A stretch of DNA of 64,000 nt from Candidatus Altiarchaeota archaeon (GCA_043800255.1 JAZDNF010000009.1:256001-320000), one strand, 5' to 3'. Positions 17,634 to 28,638 are shown, counted from the first letter of the stretch. Notes: generated by a model not told the origin, from the letters alone. Translations and numbers: made by a program.

Positions 17634-19817
17634 TTAAAGCCTCCTGTATTTCAGCGTCAGGGAGTTGGTTACGACCGATACCGAGCTTAACGCCATGGCC
17701 CCGCCGGCGATTATCGGGTTCAGGAGCCATCCTGTGAAGGGGTAGAATACTCCGGCCGCAATCGGTATGCCTATTACGTTGTAAATCAACGCCCAGAACA
17801 TGTTCTGCTTTATCTTGCCCATCGTTGCCTTGCTCAGCCTGAAGGCTTTGACGACGTCAAGGGGGTTGTTTTTCATGAGCACTATGTTCCCAGATTCCAT
17901 CGCAACGTCTGTGCCTGACGCCATCACTATGCCGACGTCAGCCTGCGCCAATGCGGGGGCGTCGTTTATCCCGTCGCCGACCATCGCAACCTTTCTGCCC
18001 CTCGCCTGAAGGTCTCGCACATAGTTTACCTTGTCCTCAGGAAGAACTTCAGAGAAGACGGTCTTTATGCCGACCATTTTTCCGACAGCTTCCGCAGTCC
18101 TCTTGTTGTCGCCTGTTATCATGTACACGTCAATGCCGAGTTTGGTCAATTCCGCCACCGCACCCTTCGCCGTGTCTTTCAGCGTGTCAGCTATCGCGAT
18201 CAACGCCGCCGGGACGTCGTCCACTGCCAGTATCACGACAGTCTTCCCCTCGTCTTCAAGTTTAGTCAGACTGCCTTCAAAGGTTGAAAAGTTTATCCCT
18301 TTTGAGGATATGAGCTTCCTGTTCCCTAGGAGGACGTTCCTGCCCTCTACTTTTGCGGAGACGCCGTGGCCTGGCACAGCCTTGAAGTCCGAGATGTCAG
18401 CCAGCATGATGCCCTTCTCGTTCACATAGTCCAATACGGCTTCAGCCAGAGGATGCTCTGAACTGCGTTCGATGCTGCCTGCGAACTTCAGCGCATCATC
18501 TTCGTTAAGTTCATTCAGGATAACAACGTCTGTCACAGAGGGTGTTCCCTTGGTTATCGTTCCTGTTTTGTCGAACACCAGCGCGTTTATCTTGCGGGTT
18601 GTCTCAAGAGCCTCCCCGCTTTTTATCAGTATCCCTGCGCCGGCTCCCTTCCCTATGCCGACCATTATTGCGGTAGGAGTTGCAAGGCCTAACGCGCACG
18701 GGCAGGATATGACAAGCACTGAGACTGCTATGACAAGCGCGAAGGCGAATGTCTTGCCGATGATGAGATACCACACCCCAAACGAGAGCAATGCTATCAG
18801 TATCACGGCAGGGACGAAGTAGCTTGAGATTACGTCAGCGAAACGCTGTATTGGAGCCTTCGAGCCCTGCGCGTCCTCAACCAGCTTTATTATGTGCGCC
18901 AGAGTGGTGTCCGCCCCCACCTTTGTCGCCCTGAACTGGAAGCTCCCGTGCTTGTTGATTGTTGAGCCTATGACGCTGCTGCCGACCGTTTTTTCGACTG
19001 GTATGCTCTCGCCAGTTATCATGGACTCGTCTATGCTGCTCCCGCCGGAGATTATGACACCGTCCACGGGAATCTTCTCCCCCGGCTTAACAAGCAGTAT
19101 GTCGCCAACCTTCACCTGCTCGACAGGTATGACAACTTCCTTGCCGTCTCTGATTACTGTCGCAGTCTTCGGGCTTAAATCCATGAGCTTCCTTATTGCC
19201 TCGCTCGTCTTCCCCTTGGCTTTGGCTTCCAAGTATTTGCCCACAAGCACGAAGGTTATCAGAACAGCCGCAGTCTCAAAGTACTGGTCCATCATCGGGT
19301 TCACAAGCATGACCGCCACGCTGTAAAAATATGCAGCCGACGTTCCAACTGCTATCAGGGTGTCCATGTTGCTTGTCCTGTTCTTGAGCGCAGCCCAAGC
19401 CCCGCTGTAGAACCTGGCCCCTGATATGAACTGGACAGGAGTCGCAAGAAGGAATAGGAGGTATATGGCATAGGGCACGTCCTCCATGAAGACCATCCCA
19501 ATCAACGCTGCCGGTACGGATAGCATCAGGCTGAATGCGAGCAGCTGCTTCATGCGCGTCAGCTCTCCCTTCTTCTCCAGCTCATCAAAGGACTTGTCAG
19601 CCTCTGTCGAAACCCTTGCACTGTAGCCTCTGTTTTTCACAGCATTGATCAAAACCTGGACTGACGTCTTCGACTCGTCAAATTCTACGACAGCCTTCTC
19701 GGTGCTCAGATTGACGTTCGCGCTGACAACGCCGTCGGTCTTCATCAATGCCTTTTCCAGAACTGTGACACAGCTCGCGCAGTGCATCCCCGTAATGTTC
19801 AACGTGGTCTTTTTCAT
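17634..19817 (-). CDS. copA: Cu(I)-translocating P1B-type ATPase
   Basis: [46 protein letters not shown]. Confidence 0.95.
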   Translation of the reverse strand: MKKTTLNITGMHCASCVTVLEKALMKTDGVVSANVNLSTEKAVVEFDESKTSVQVLINAVKNRGYSARVSTEADKSFDELEKKGELTRMKQLLAFSLMLSVPAALIGMVFMEDVPYAIYLLFLLATPVQFISGARFYSGAWAALKNRTSNMDTLIAVGTSAAYFYSVAVMLVNPMMDQYFETAAVLITFVLVGKYLEAKAKGKTSEAIRKLMDLSPKTATVIRDGKEVVIPVEQVKVGDILLVKPGEKIPVDGVIISGGSSIDESMITGESIPVEKTVGSSVIGSTINKHGSFQFRATKVGADTTLAHIIKLVEDAQGSKAPIQRFADVISSYFVPAVILIALLSFGVWYLIIGKTFAFALVIAVSVLVISCPCALGLATPTAIMVGIGKGAGAGILIKSGEALETTRKINALVFDKTGTITKGTPSVTDVVILNELNEDDALKFAGSIERSSEHPLAEAVLDYVNEKGIMLADISDFKAVPGHGVSAKVEGRNVLLGNRKLISSKGINFSTFEGSLTKLEDEGKTVVILAVDDVPAALIAIADTLKDTAKGAVAELTKLGIDVYMITGDNKRTAEAVGKMVGIKTVFSEVLPEDKVNYVRDLQARGRKVAMVGDGINDAPALAQADVGIVMASGTDVAMESGNIVLMKNNPLDVVKAFRLSKATMGKIKQNMFWALIYNVIGIPIAAGVFYPFTGWLLNPIIAGGAMALSSVSVVTNSLTLKYRRL

Positions 19818-20308
19818 CCTTGGAAGAACCTTTTTCCAGCCTCCAGGTCCGATTGTTCTATTAAGACATATTGCCCTGAAACTTTATGAGGTAAATCGCT
19901 TGGCCAGCAGCCTCCCCCACGGTTTTCAGTGCCCAGACTGTCTATGCTGAAGTGTCGTCCACACTTGTTGCATACCGCATCATCGCCTGACTGCCTGTAA
20001 CCTAAGCTTCCGCCGCATATTTCACAGGCGTCAAACGCTGTCCTGACCTTACCGTCGCTGCCTAACACGGCCATGTACCTTACTGCAGTCCCGCCTGAAT
20101 TGTAGGTGTACTTTTTTACAGTAGTTGATATTTCGGTTAGGGGAATTCTGACAACCGTGTCAGGAACATCGCCGCCAACGGCTGCAATGCTGCTGTTGAC
20201 TGCATCATCCTGTGTGACCGCCCCCCGGAACCCTATAGCGTAAACTGCTCCGACCAGCAGTACAACTGCCAGTATCAGATAGCCGTTATTCTTGTTCATT
20301 CTGTTCAC
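19814..20308 (-). CDS. DUF2318-like membrane-anchored Cys protein
   Basis: [13 protein letters not shown]...CNKC..GGCWP. Confidence 0.8.
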   Translation of the reverse strand: MNRMNKNNGYLILAVVLLVGAVYAIGFRGAVTQDDAVNSSIAAVGGDVPDTVVRIPLTEISTTVKKYTYNSGGTAVRYMAVLGSDGKVRTAFDACEICGGSLGYRQSGDDAVCNKCGRHFSIDSLGTENRGGGCWPSDLPHKVSGQYVLIEQSDLEAGKRFFQG

Positions 20309-20942
20309 CTAGTTCTCCGTCTATGATGTCTGCAAACACGTCGTATGGCTGTGCGCCAACGATTTTCTTTCCTTTGATGAAGAATGTCGGCGTCCCGCTA
20401 ACGCCCAGTCTCTTGCCCTCCGCAAGGTTCTTTTTCACAACATCCTTCTTTGCGCCGGAATCAAGGCACCTGCTGAAATTGTCCGCATCAAGATTCAGCT
20501 CGCCTGCTATGCTCTTTAAAACGTCAGCTTCTCCTATGTCCCTGCCGTTCGCATAATCCTCAAACAGTCTGTCATGGTACTCCCAGAACAGTCCCTGGTC
20601 TCTGGCGCACTCTGACGCCTCAGCCGCCCTGTCGGATCCCGCATGGAACGTCAAGGGAAAATGCTTGAAGACTATCTCGATCCTGCCATCGTATTCGTCC
20701 CTGAGCTGCTCGACAGTCTCTGCCGCTTTCCCGCAGTAGGGGCACTTGAAGTCGCTGTATTCTATGACCTGCAGAATGTTAGACTCGCTGCCAAGCGATT
20801 CTGTCGGCAGAACTTCCGGAGCGGACTGCCCTGCAGTAAATTTGTAAGCCAGCACGACAGCAACCGCTAAAAGGGCAAACGCAAGCGCGTGTTTTCCTTT
20901 AAGCCTACTAGGACTGACGCTATTGTTTTTGTTTTTAGTCAT
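20286..20942 (-). CDS. DsbA-family thiol-disulfide oxidoreductase
   Basis: EYSDFKCPYC, HFPL, AAEASECA, GVSGTPTFF, GAQP. Confidence 0.9.
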   Translation of the reverse strand: MTKNKNNSVSPSRLKGKHALAFALLAVAVVLAYKFTAGQSAPEVLPTESLGSESNILQVIEYSDFKCPYCGKAAETVEQLRDEYDGRIEIVFKHFPLTFHAGSDRAAEASECARDQGLFWEYHDRLFEDYANGRDIGEADVLKSIAGELNLDADNFSRCLDSGAKKDVVKKNLAEGKRLGVSGTPTFFIKGKKIVGAQPYDVFADIIDGELGEQNEQE

Positions 20943-22405
20943 CTTCCGCCTCCGCAGCCGCAGCCTCCGCCGCATGAACCGCCCCGGGGAACCTGCACGC
21001 TGGCAAGCTCCGTCTGAACCTGCGCCGCATCCTGGATGTTGACATCATCTTTGACGATGAATACTCCAGGTATCATGCCCATCCAGCAGCTCCAGGGTAT
21101 TGTGCCCGCTTCTGTTGGAGTGAACTCTATGGTCTGCAGGCCGGGTTTTATGTCAAACCTTAAACCAAGTTTTGGAACCTGTATGGCCCTGTTGCAGTTG
21201 GTAATCTCTATGCCGTTTATAACCCATTTGACCGGAACGCCCTTCTTCAGTATGAACTTGTCCGGCACCCACCCATAGCTGGTGACGTTCATCTGAATCT
21301 CCTGGTAGCCGTCTTTTAGCGTTACCTGAGAACTTCCGCCAGCCGGGACCGATGCCGCGTCCTTCGCGGAGACTGACATGAAAAGCGTGTTCGCATCATA
21401 TCCTGAGCCTGTCAGCGCAAGACCGCGGTTTACCATTATAAGTCCCAGTATGACAACCACAACGCCTGACAACTTCAGTATCTTGTGAGTAAACTGGGAG
21501 CTTACCATCGAGGATACGATTCCGAAGCCCAGCAGAACCGGCAGCGTCCCAAGACCGAACGCCATCAGGTACAGGGCGCCCCAGTATGGTGACCCTGACG
21601 CTGCTGCGAATATGTAAACAGCCTGCAGCGGACCGCAAGCCAGCATGAGGCCGTTCAATAATCCTATGGCAAGCGGACTGCGCGATTTTTCTGATTTCCT
21701 CTCGATGAACTTTTCCAGGGGAGATGGCATCTTAAGCCTGAATCTCCTGAACCACCTGAACAGGTTGAGCATGTTCAGGCCGAACATGATAAGGAAAATC
21801 CCTGCAAGTATTCCTGCAGCTCCCCGCATCACCGGCGTGAACGTTATAAACGAGCCCAAAAGGCCGAAAAATCCTCCCAACAGGGTATATGATGCTGTTT
21901 TGCCGAAACCGTAGGAGAGATGCGCCCTGAGATCCGAGCCAACCCTCCCCTGCGATGCATTTTTTGCGGTATAGGATATCACAAATCCGCCGCACATTGC
22001 AATGCAGTGGAATCCTGTCAGCAACCCTACCAGGAATAGAAGCCCAAGTGATGCGTCTTGGCCTATTGTCGGAAAGGAAAAGTCGGATTTTTTTTCAAGC
22101 TCGGAGTATGCGAACAGCGCGATGAGAACCAGCCCAAGCGTTAACGATATGAACCGGTAATCAACAGTTCTCGGCTGCTTCTCCCTGCCTTTCAATCTGC
22201 AATTGTATCCTTTAGCCTCGATTTTTTTCAGGATTCTTCCCTTGTCAGTGATATTCGGATCATACGTTACCTCGCCCTTGCCTGTCGCATAATCAATCCT
22301 GGCTTCCTTAACCCCATATTCGGACAATGCAGCCTTTGCTATGATCTTCTCGCAGCTCTGGCATTCCATGTCGTCTGTCTGAAAGTTGAATTTTGATTCT
22401 GCCAT
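20939..22405 (-). CDS. HMA + DsbD_2/TauE-like membrane + cupredoxin fusion protein
   Basis: MECQSC, GFHCIAMCGG, LACGPLQ, WSCWMGM, C-terminal GSCGGGCGCGG. Confidence 0.85.
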   Translation of the reverse strand: MAESKFNFQTDDMECQSCEKIIAKAALSEYGVKEARIDYATGKGEVTYDPNITDKGRILKKIEAKGYNCRLKGREKQPRTVDYRFISLTLGLVLIALFAYSELEKKSDFSFPTIGQDASLGLLFLVGLLTGFHCIAMCGGFVISYTAKNASQGRVGSDLRAHLSYGFGKTASYTLLGGFFGLLGSFITFTPVMRGAAGILAGIFLIMFGLNMLNLFRWFRRFRLKMPSPLEKFIERKSEKSRSPLAIGLLNGLMLACGPLQAVYIFAAASGSPYWGALYLMAFGLGTLPVLLGFGIVSSMVSSQFTHKILKLSGVVVVILGLIMVNRGLALTGSGYDANTLFMSVSAKDAASVPAGGSSQVTLKDGYQEIQMNVTSYGWVPDKFILKKGVPVKWVINGIEITNCNRAIQVPKLGLRFDIKPGLQTIEFTPTEAGTIPWSCWMGMIPGVFIVKDDVNIQDAAQVQTELASVQVPRGGSCGGGCGCGGGR

Positions 22406-22410
22406 TTTTC

Positions 22411-22614
22411 TTATCCTACTGTGTACCCCAGCTCCCGCACAGCTTCCTTCAGCTTTTCAGCAGGAACCGAATCCGCGCATTCGATGTGCACCGCCCCGCT
22501 GGTGTGGTCTGCCGTTACCTTGGTAACTCCCGGCATTTCCAACAGAGTGTCAGCTATAAGTATGCCGCAGCTCTTGCAGTGCATGCCTTTGACATTGAGG
22601 TCAATCTTGACCAT
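22411..22614 (-). CDS. copZ: Copper chaperone (HMA domain)
   Basis: 67 aa with GMHCKSC and C-terminal GY. Confidence 0.88.
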   Translation of the reverse strand: MVKIDLNVKGMHCKSCGILIADTLLEMPGVTKVTADHTSGAVHIECADSVPAEKLKEAVRELGYTVG

Positions 22615-22652
22615 GGAATCTTATTGTATGAAACCGACTATTAGCAGATGGG

Positions 22653-22666
22653 TGAAACCAGTTTCA
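22653..22666. promoter_or_regulatory. Palindromic candidate operator upstream of copZ
   Basis: TGAAAC-CA-GTTTCA, with an extra TGAAACC half-site at 22629. Confidence 0.45.
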
Positions 22667-22667
22667 G

Positions 22668-23150
22668 TCACTTGAGAACGACTATGTTGGTAGGGCCTCT
22701 TCGCTTTCTCTCGATAAGCTGCAGGGATTCCAGCTTGTCCAATGTCCGGGTTGCCTTGACTTTTGACATTCCGAGCTTTTCCACGATCTCGCTCTGGAAC
22801 ATGGCGCCGTCAGAGTCCATCAAAAGTCTGTAGATGTCGCGTTCAGTCCCCCTTAATTTGCCCAGTTTTTCGGACCATGCCTCCTTCCCTGAAGGTTTCT
22901 CAAACGGCCCACCGCCTTTGAAGAAGAGGATGAGACCTATCAGCATCGTGATTACTACGGCAAAGATCCCCACGTAGACCGTCGGAGGTATCTTGAACTC
23001 CTGCATCGTGCAGACGTCACCGCATGTGCAGGATGATGCCGCCTGCGAACTAAGTGAGTCGATGAACATGAAGATCATCAGGGCAAACACCAGAGCCATC
23101 AGTGTGAGAACCGCCCCAACCGCCTTGAATGTGAGTTTTACTGGCTTCAT
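22668..23150 (-). CDS. Membrane-anchored winged-helix regulator with Cys-containing loop
   Basis: TM-CTCGDVC-TM followed by FQSEIVEKLGMSKVKATRTLDKLE..RRG.TN wHTH. Confidence 0.75.
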   Translation of the reverse strand: MKPVKLTFKAVGAVLTLMALVFALMIFMFIDSLSSQAASSCTCGDVCTMQEFKIPPTVYVGIFAVVITMLIGLILFFKGGGPFEKPSGKEAWSEKLGKLRGTERDIYRLLMDSDGAMFQSEIVEKLGMSKVKATRTLDKLESLQLIERKRRGPTNIVVLK

Positions 23151-23216
23151 TTCCGGATTATTATAAGTTAACCATCGTTAATAAACTGATAGTATCCAAC
23201 GGCACAGTAACCCCCA

Positions 23217-24071
23217 TCATATCACCTTGTGAATCCTGTCGATGTTCCTGTAGGCTAATGCCACAAACAGCAGGTAAAGCGCATAGGAGGCGGCCTCCAG
23301 GAGAGACGGGTTCCCGTTGTATCCTAATAGGTCCTTAGCCAGTCCGCCGATTAGGCCGTTCTCGTGCAATAGAGGATAGCTTCCATCAGGGTTCTGCGGG
23401 GGATTCACATCCCACAAATGCTCGATATATGTTGGCAGGACGCCTGCCTCCTGAAGCTCGTGGACGCCGTGCGCGACAAGGCCTGCCGCGAAAAGCACCA
23501 AGACGATGCTCGTGGCCTGGAAGAACTTCCTGACGTCCAGCTTCCTGGCCTGGACGAAGATGATGAACCCCAACGCCAATGCGAGGATTATTCCAAGGAA
23601 TCCGCCCACAATCCTGTCGTATGCGGTCGCCTCCCCTGCAAGCGAGCTGGCTCCCAGGAAGATTACGGTCTCCACGCCCTCCCTGAGGACGGAGACGAAC
23701 ACTAAGGCAAAGAGTCCGAGCCTGTGGCCCTCTGATATTTCATGGCCGACCTTCTGCTCTATCTCCTCCCTTATGTGAGTCTGCCTCATCATCCACAATA
23801 TCATGGTGGTCAGAAGCAGCGCAGCGAACAGCATCACGACGCCCTCGAATATTTCCTCGCTCCGACCTGAGAAACCGCCTGCCAGAGTATTGAAGCCATA
23901 CGCAGCGATTATGCTGCCAACGACTGCCGACACAATCGCAAGGTAGATCACAGAATTGTATTTTGATTGTTTCGTGCGCTCAAGGTAAGCTAGCACTATC
24001 CCTATGACCAGCGCCGCCTCAAGCGTCTCCCTGAAGGTTATGATCAACTCCGATAGCATGTCAGATATCAA
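23217..24071 (-). CDS. FTR1-family iron permease
   Basis: Two RExxE motifs (FRETLEA, LREGVET), multiple TMs. Confidence 0.92.
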   Translation of the reverse strand: MISDMLSELIITFRETLEAALVIGIVLAYLERTKQSKYNSVIYLAIVSAVVGSIIAAYGFNTLAGGFSGRSEEIFEGVVMLFAALLLTTMILWMMRQTHIREEIEQKVGHEISEGHRLGLFALVFVSVLREGVETVIFLGASSLAGEATAYDRIVGGFLGIILALALGFIIFVQARKLDVRKFFQATSIVLVLFAAGLVAHGVHELQEAGVLPTYIEHLWDVNPPQNPDGSYPLLHENGLIGGLAKDLLGYNGNPSLLEAASYALYLLFVALAYRNIDRIHKVI

Positions 24072-24118
24072 TACATGCTAAAGCATATAAATGGTAGTAG
24101 GTAACCAGGCCGTAACCA

Positions 24119-24781
24119 TCAGTATGCCAGGTACAGCCTGAGGAAATAGGCGCCTGCCAGCATCAGGAAAAAGGATGATAATGTCTCCACTTTTCTGATA
24201 TTGTTCCTGAGCCAGCCTATCCTGTCGAGAGAGTAGGCCGATGATATGCCCAACGCAAGTATTGGAAGCCCCAAGCTTATCGAGAACAATGCCATGAGAG
24301 CCAATCCCTGGAGGTAAGTGACCTTGGACGCGAGGACAGGCATTATCCCAGTGACAAGGAACGGGGCGCTGCAAGGCGTTATCATGGTGCCGAAACCCAG
24401 CCCTGAGATGAATGCCCCCCCTCTGCCGGAGTAGTTGAACGTGTTGAAGATTACGGCAGTCCTCTTCAGCGTTCTCAGGCGGAACAGCGTGTCCAGCGCG
24501 AAATAGAATGACAGCACTGCCGCAACCAGGAAGAGGATGGTTTTCTTCTCGTCGATGCTCTCAGCCAGGCTCCAGCCGTATGCCATTATTAGTATGGCAA
24601 GAAGAGAGTAGAACAGCATATAAGCCAGGATGAGGCCCCCGGCGAAGAGCAATACTGACGCCCGTCTCCTATCGGAGTTCCTGGAGAGTATGTTGAACAG
24701 TATCGGATAGGTCGGGAGGAGGCAGGATGTCGTACCGGCGAGAAGGCCTGAGGTGACGGCGATGACCGCGAGGTCTATCAT
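24119..24781 (-). CDS. CcdA-like disulfide transporter
   Basis: SCLLPTYP and TPCSAP Cys pair, about 6 TMs. Confidence 0.8.
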   Translation of the reverse strand: MIDLAVIAVTSGLLAGTTSCLLPTYPILFNILSRNSDRRRASVLLFAGGLILAYMLFYSLLAILIMAYGWSLAESIDEKKTILFLVAAVLSFYFALDTLFRLRTLKRTAVIFNTFNYSGRGGAFISGLGFGTMITPCSAPFLVTGIMPVLASKVTYLQGLALMALFSISLGLPILALGISSAYSLDRIGWLRNNIRKVETLSSFFLMLAGAYFLRLYLAY

Positions 24782-25470
24782 AACGGTTCACCGAACTTCG
24801 GCTTGAACTTGTCGATCGGGCAGGCCAGTATCGTGGACTCGTTGAAGCATCTCATCTGAAGGCTTTCGTCAGACACCTTTTTGCAGCTTGCTGATGCGAG
24901 AGGGTTCTTCTGGACGTACTCGAAATAGCAGGCATCCCTCAAGGAGGGGGTTACGACCTTCGAACACAGTTCCACGGTGTACGTCTCGACCGCGAGCTTC
25001 ATCATGCACCAGTCCCTGCCCTCCTGGTTCTCTATGCCGCTGCATGAGTCAGGGTTGCCTATCGTCTTGGCAAGGCATCTTGTCCTGGAAGCGTTCGATT
25101 GCACGCTGTCGCACAGGGTAGAGTTGCGGGTGTCAATCGAGACTGAATAGATGCAACCGTCCCTGTAATCTGGGTCGTCTATCTGGGAGCAGAACATGAT
25201 GTCACTGTTGTCGAGAGCGAACTTGGTAAGGCATTCCGACCTCCCAAGGGCGTTTGGCGACAGCATGCACAGTCCGCTGACATTATTGTCCACAGCAGCC
25301 TGCCTGAAGCAGTTGCCTTTCAAGTAAGGGTCATCATAGCCTTTGCATTCCACTATCTGGGGATATTCGAGGGATAAAGACCGAAGCTCCTTACTTTCTC
25401 GGGGGTAGTACAAGACCGCCAGCAGCGCCGCTGCGAGAATCGCCATCAGTATGATGTGTTTTTTTCTCAT
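24778..25470 (-). CDS. Exported Cys-rich repeat protein
   Basis: N-terminal anchor; about 7 repeats of C..I.....RD.C. Confidence 0.75.
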   Translation of the reverse strand: MRKKHIILMAILAAALLAVLYYPRESKELRSLSLEYPQIVECKGYDDPYLKGNCFRQAAVDNNVSGLCMLSPNALGRSECLTKFALDNSDIMFCSQIDDPDYRDGCIYSVSIDTRNSTLCDSVQSNASRTRCLAKTIGNPDSCSGIENQEGRDWCMMKLAVETYTVELCSKVVTPSLRDACYFEYVQKNPLASASCKKVSDESLQMRCFNESTILACPIDKFKPKFGEPL

Positions 25471-25500
25471 GCTATCCTCTGGTTCACTTATTGTCTTATA

Positions 25501-26343
25501 TTAATTTATGTCGCACGATGGCGACGCTTTCTGTATCATGGTCTCAATCTGGGATGATGGCACAAAACCTGAAGTCTGGAAAAAGCCGCTTTGGCCCTGT
25601 ATTTCCATGACAGGCGTGGTAGTCTGGCCGAATTTGCCGGCGAGCTCCTCGTTGTACTTCCACAGGCTTATGACCTCGTAGAGGATGCAGTCCCTGTTCG
25701 GGCTGACTATGTCAGAGACCGTGGGGCGCATGACCCTGCATATCGAACATGACGGCAGGTCATAGAATCTCAGGTTCACGCGGCCCTTCCTGATGTTAAT
25801 ATCCCTCTCAGAGTCCTCGAGCTTCCTCCTCACGTATATCGAAAGGCCGTACTCTGAATCCCAAACGCTTAGATCCATCTCAGAATCCTCGAAGCCGATC
25901 TTCTTTGCCGTCAGAGTGTAGTCCCCGCCCTCCACAGGACCGAAGACTAGCTTTCCGGCAGAGTCGGTCCTCCCTTTAAGTTCCTCATCAACGTAGACTT
26001 CAACGCCTTCCACATCACGGCCGGATGCGTCTGACGCCGACAGGACAGCAGTGTCGCCGTCGTACAGCCTTAAAGTGTCAGAGTCGTCCGGGTTGTAGGC
26101 GGAGGGGATGATATTAAGTGACAGGCTCGCCTTTGGGACAGTCGTCGTTGGGATGGATGAGACCGTAGTCTCGAGCGTTGTCGACGAGACCGTCGTCGGA
26201 ACCGATAATGTTGTCGAAGTTGATGTGATAATGGCCTGGCCCTCGCTTCCGCCCCCCGCTATGAGAAACCCTATGCCTACGACGGCTACGGCGACAATCA
26301 GCAGCAGACCTGCAGACAGGACAAGCACCATGTTCTTATTCAT
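25501..26343 (-). CDS. Membrane-anchored protein: Thr linker, beta-sandwich, thioredoxin-like domain
   Basis: TM, TTST linker, FYDLPSCSIC, TTP. Confidence 0.7.
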   Translation of the reverse strand: MNKNMVLVLSAGLLLIVAVAVVGIGFLIAGGGSEGQAIITSTSTTLSVPTTVSSTTLETTVSSIPTTTVPKASLSLNIIPSAYNPDDSDTLRLYDGDTAVLSASDASGRDVEGVEVYVDEELKGRTDSAGKLVFGPVEGGDYTLTAKKIGFEDSEMDLSVWDSEYGLSIYVRRKLEDSERDINIRKGRVNLRFYDLPSCSICRVMRPTVSDIVSPNRDCILYEVISLWKYNEELAGKFGQTTTPVMEIQGQSGFFQTSGFVPSSQIETMIQKASPSCDIN

Positions 26344-26344
26344 T

Positions 26345-26692
26345 TTAGCAGCAGTACAGTTCTTTCGGCTTCTCGCCTTTCTTCAGATTCCCGAATGGGT
26401 TCCCGTACTTTCTGATGTTCTCTATCATCTTCCTGTTGGCTTTAGTCTCCTCTCCCCTCTTGTTGAGGCGGCTTCTGGCCTTGAGGATGTCGTCCGCGAA
26501 TCCCAGGCCCATAGGGCACCTCTCCTTGCACGCCCTGCAGAGGGTGCACATGTACGCCAGGGGAGTGTCTTTGCCTGCTTTCATCAGCTGCGCCTTGCCT
26601 CTGGGACCCTTCGACTCGTCCAAGGTTATCCTGTAGATTCTGCAATTTGCCTTGCACAGCCCGCAGAGTGAGCACTGGTCTAGGTCTGACAT
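26345..26692 (-). CDS. 4Fe-4S dicluster protein (GlcF N-terminal-like)
   Basis: CSLCGLCKANC, GPRG, CTLCRACKERCP, GNPFG. Confidence 0.85.
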   Translation of the reverse strand: MSDLDQCSLCGLCKANCRIYRITLDESKGPRGKAQLMKAGKDTPLAYMCTLCRACKERCPMGLGFADDILKARSRLNKRGEETKANRKMIENIRKYGNPFGNLKKGEKPKELYCC

Positions 26693-27861
26693 ATTTTCCC
26701 CCTGTTGAAGACTCCGTCCGGGTCGTATTTTTTCTTCAGCTTTTTTATCCTCTCGACCAGCTCCTTCGGCGCGTATTCCCTCTTGGTTATTCCAATGCCG
26801 TGCTCTCCTGAGACCACGCCGCCCATTTTTTCTACCAGCAGGAACATCTCCCTTATCTTATCCTCCTGCCCTTTCCTGAATCTCGGGTGAATTATTCCAA
26901 CGCTTATGTGGCCGAAAGAGGGGACACCATGGTTATCAAGCCACATCAGGAACTCTTGTATCCTCTCCAATGGAATCTTCGGATCCTCTTTGACATCATA
27001 CCCTTTTGAGCTGAGTATCGCTCCGACGCCCTCGCGTTCTTCCCATATCCTGTCGACCTCACTGCCGTCATTGATCTTGCCGGCATCTGATGAGAACTCT
27101 GCGTAGAGTGTGTAATTTTTTCCTACGCCTGTAAGGTCTGCGGCAATCTTGGATACGTATTCTACTGCAAGCACATCCTCCCTCTTCCGGTACTTGCTGG
27201 CTTCTGCGGTCAACGAGCTGATATCATCGCATTCGAATACTGATATGCTCCTCTTAGGGATAGCGTCAGCCAGTCTGAGTTTGGCCTTGGTGATCACTGC
27301 AACGCATCCTTCTGTCCCAACAATCTCCTTGACGGCTTTAGCGTCCAGCGTCCGGATTTCCCCGCGACCGTCGACAACCTCGAGCGATAGAATCCATTCT
27401 CCTGTCCTGCCGTACCTTAGCGCACGCTCTCCCACGGCGTCTGTGGATATCATGCCGCCTATGGTGCAGACCCTCCTGGAGGCCGGGATAACAGGGAAGA
27501 ACAGCCTCTTCTCCTTCAGTCTCAGGTTCAGGTCGTCGAGGATGACTCCAGGTTCCACTAGGGCGTACTTCCCGCCATCGCTGACTTCCAGTACCCTGTC
27601 CATCCTGGACATGTCGAGGACTATCGAATTCCCGGGTATCACTCCGCCTACGAGGCTCGTTCCCCCGCCCCTCGCCACTATGTCAGTCCCGAGTTTGAGC
27701 GCCAGTTTCACGATGTCGCTCACCTGCGCCGCGCTCCGAGGCCAGACCACAATCCGAGCCTCTCCCTGGAGCTGGGACGCGTCCTGAGAGTACACCAGCC
27801 TCTCGACCTCGCCTTCAGACACATTCTCCTTCCCGACTATCTTCTCCAGCTCTGCCTTCAC
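26680..27861 (-). CDS. FAD-linked oxidoreductase, GlcD/D-lactate dehydrogenase family
   Basis: RGGGTSLVGG, VEPGV, TIGGM, GTEG, FGH..G..H, SGEHGIG, DP.GVFNRGK; GTG start overlaps upstream stop. Confidence 0.9.
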   Translation of the reverse strand: MKAELEKIVGKENVSEGEVERLVYSQDASQLQGEARIVVWPRSAAQVSDIVKLALKLGTDIVARGGGTSLVGGVIPGNSIVLDMSRMDRVLEVSDGGKYALVEPGVILDDLNLRLKEKRLFFPVIPASRRVCTIGGMISTDAVGERALRYGRTGEWILSLEVVDGRGEIRTLDAKAVKEIVGTEGCVAVITKAKLRLADAIPKRSISVFECDDISSLTAEASKYRKREDVLAVEYVSKIAADLTGVGKNYTLYAEFSSDAGKINDGSEVDRIWEEREGVGAILSSKGYDVKEDPKIPLERIQEFLMWLDNHGVPSFGHISVGIIHPRFRKGQEDKIREMFLLVEKMGGVVSGEHGIGITKREYAPKELVERIKKLKKKYDPDGVFNRGKICQT

Positions 27862-28541
27862 ATTAGCACCTCGCTGAATTCCAGAACCTCTATGTTGGTT
27901 GAGTTGTCTTTCAGGTGCTTGTAGCACAGGGGGCATGGCGTTACCAGCCTCTCAGTCTTAACCCTGCTCAACAGGTCTTTCGCTATCCTGTCTGACATCT
28001 CAGGATAGTTCGTCTTGACGCCGGCGCCTCCGCCGCAGCATAATCCGTTCTCGCGGCAGTTGTCCAGCTCCACGACCCCGAACCCCACTTTTTTCAGTAT
28101 GTTCCTGGGCTCGTTGTAGATTCCCGAATGGCGGCCGAGGTGGCAGGGGTCGTGATAGGTTATCTTGCCGGATTTTTTCGCCTTCAGCCTGTCAATCCTC
28201 CTGTTCAGCGTCTGAGTTACATGCTCGACCTTCAATCCCATGTCAGACAGCACCCTGTAGCAGGCGGGACAGTTGGTTATTATCCTGGAGACGCTGTACT
28301 TTTTGAGGATGCTGAGAGTCTTGTCGCATAGTATGTTGAAGTCCTCCTCGTAGCCTGCGTTCTTGACTGGGCTGCCGCAGCAGTTGAACTCAGGCAGCAC
28401 TATGAAGTCCACGCCGACCTGCCTCAGCAGAGTCTCATAGTTCTTCTCAATCTCCGGCAGGACGTAATGCGTGAGGCAGCCTGGATAGTAGAGGGTGTTC
28501 CCGAAGTCCAGCCTCTCGAACAAACCCTTAAACATACGCAT
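27858..28541 (-). CDS. CCG-domain Fe-S protein (GlcF/HdrB-like)
   Basis: YYPGC, CCG, CPAC, YHDPCHLGR, CCGGG, CPLC. Confidence 0.9.
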   Translation of the reverse strand: MRMFKGLFERLDFGNTLYYPGCLTHYVLPEIEKNYETLLRQVGVDFIVLPEFNCCGSPVKNAGYEEDFNILCDKTLSILKKYSVSRIITNCPACYRVLSDMGLKVEHVTQTLNRRIDRLKAKKSGKITYHDPCHLGRHSGIYNEPRNILKKVGFGVVELDNCRENGLCCGGGAGVKTNYPEMSDRIAKDLLSRVKTERLVTPCPLCYKHLKDNSTNIEVLEFSEVLM

Positions 28542-28638
28542 AATATAACAACATTGGTATAAAAAAGTGTGGTGATGCGTCCAACTAATCTGTCGGAGCG
28601 GTATTTATACTCAGGACTCTTGATATTGGATAGTACCA

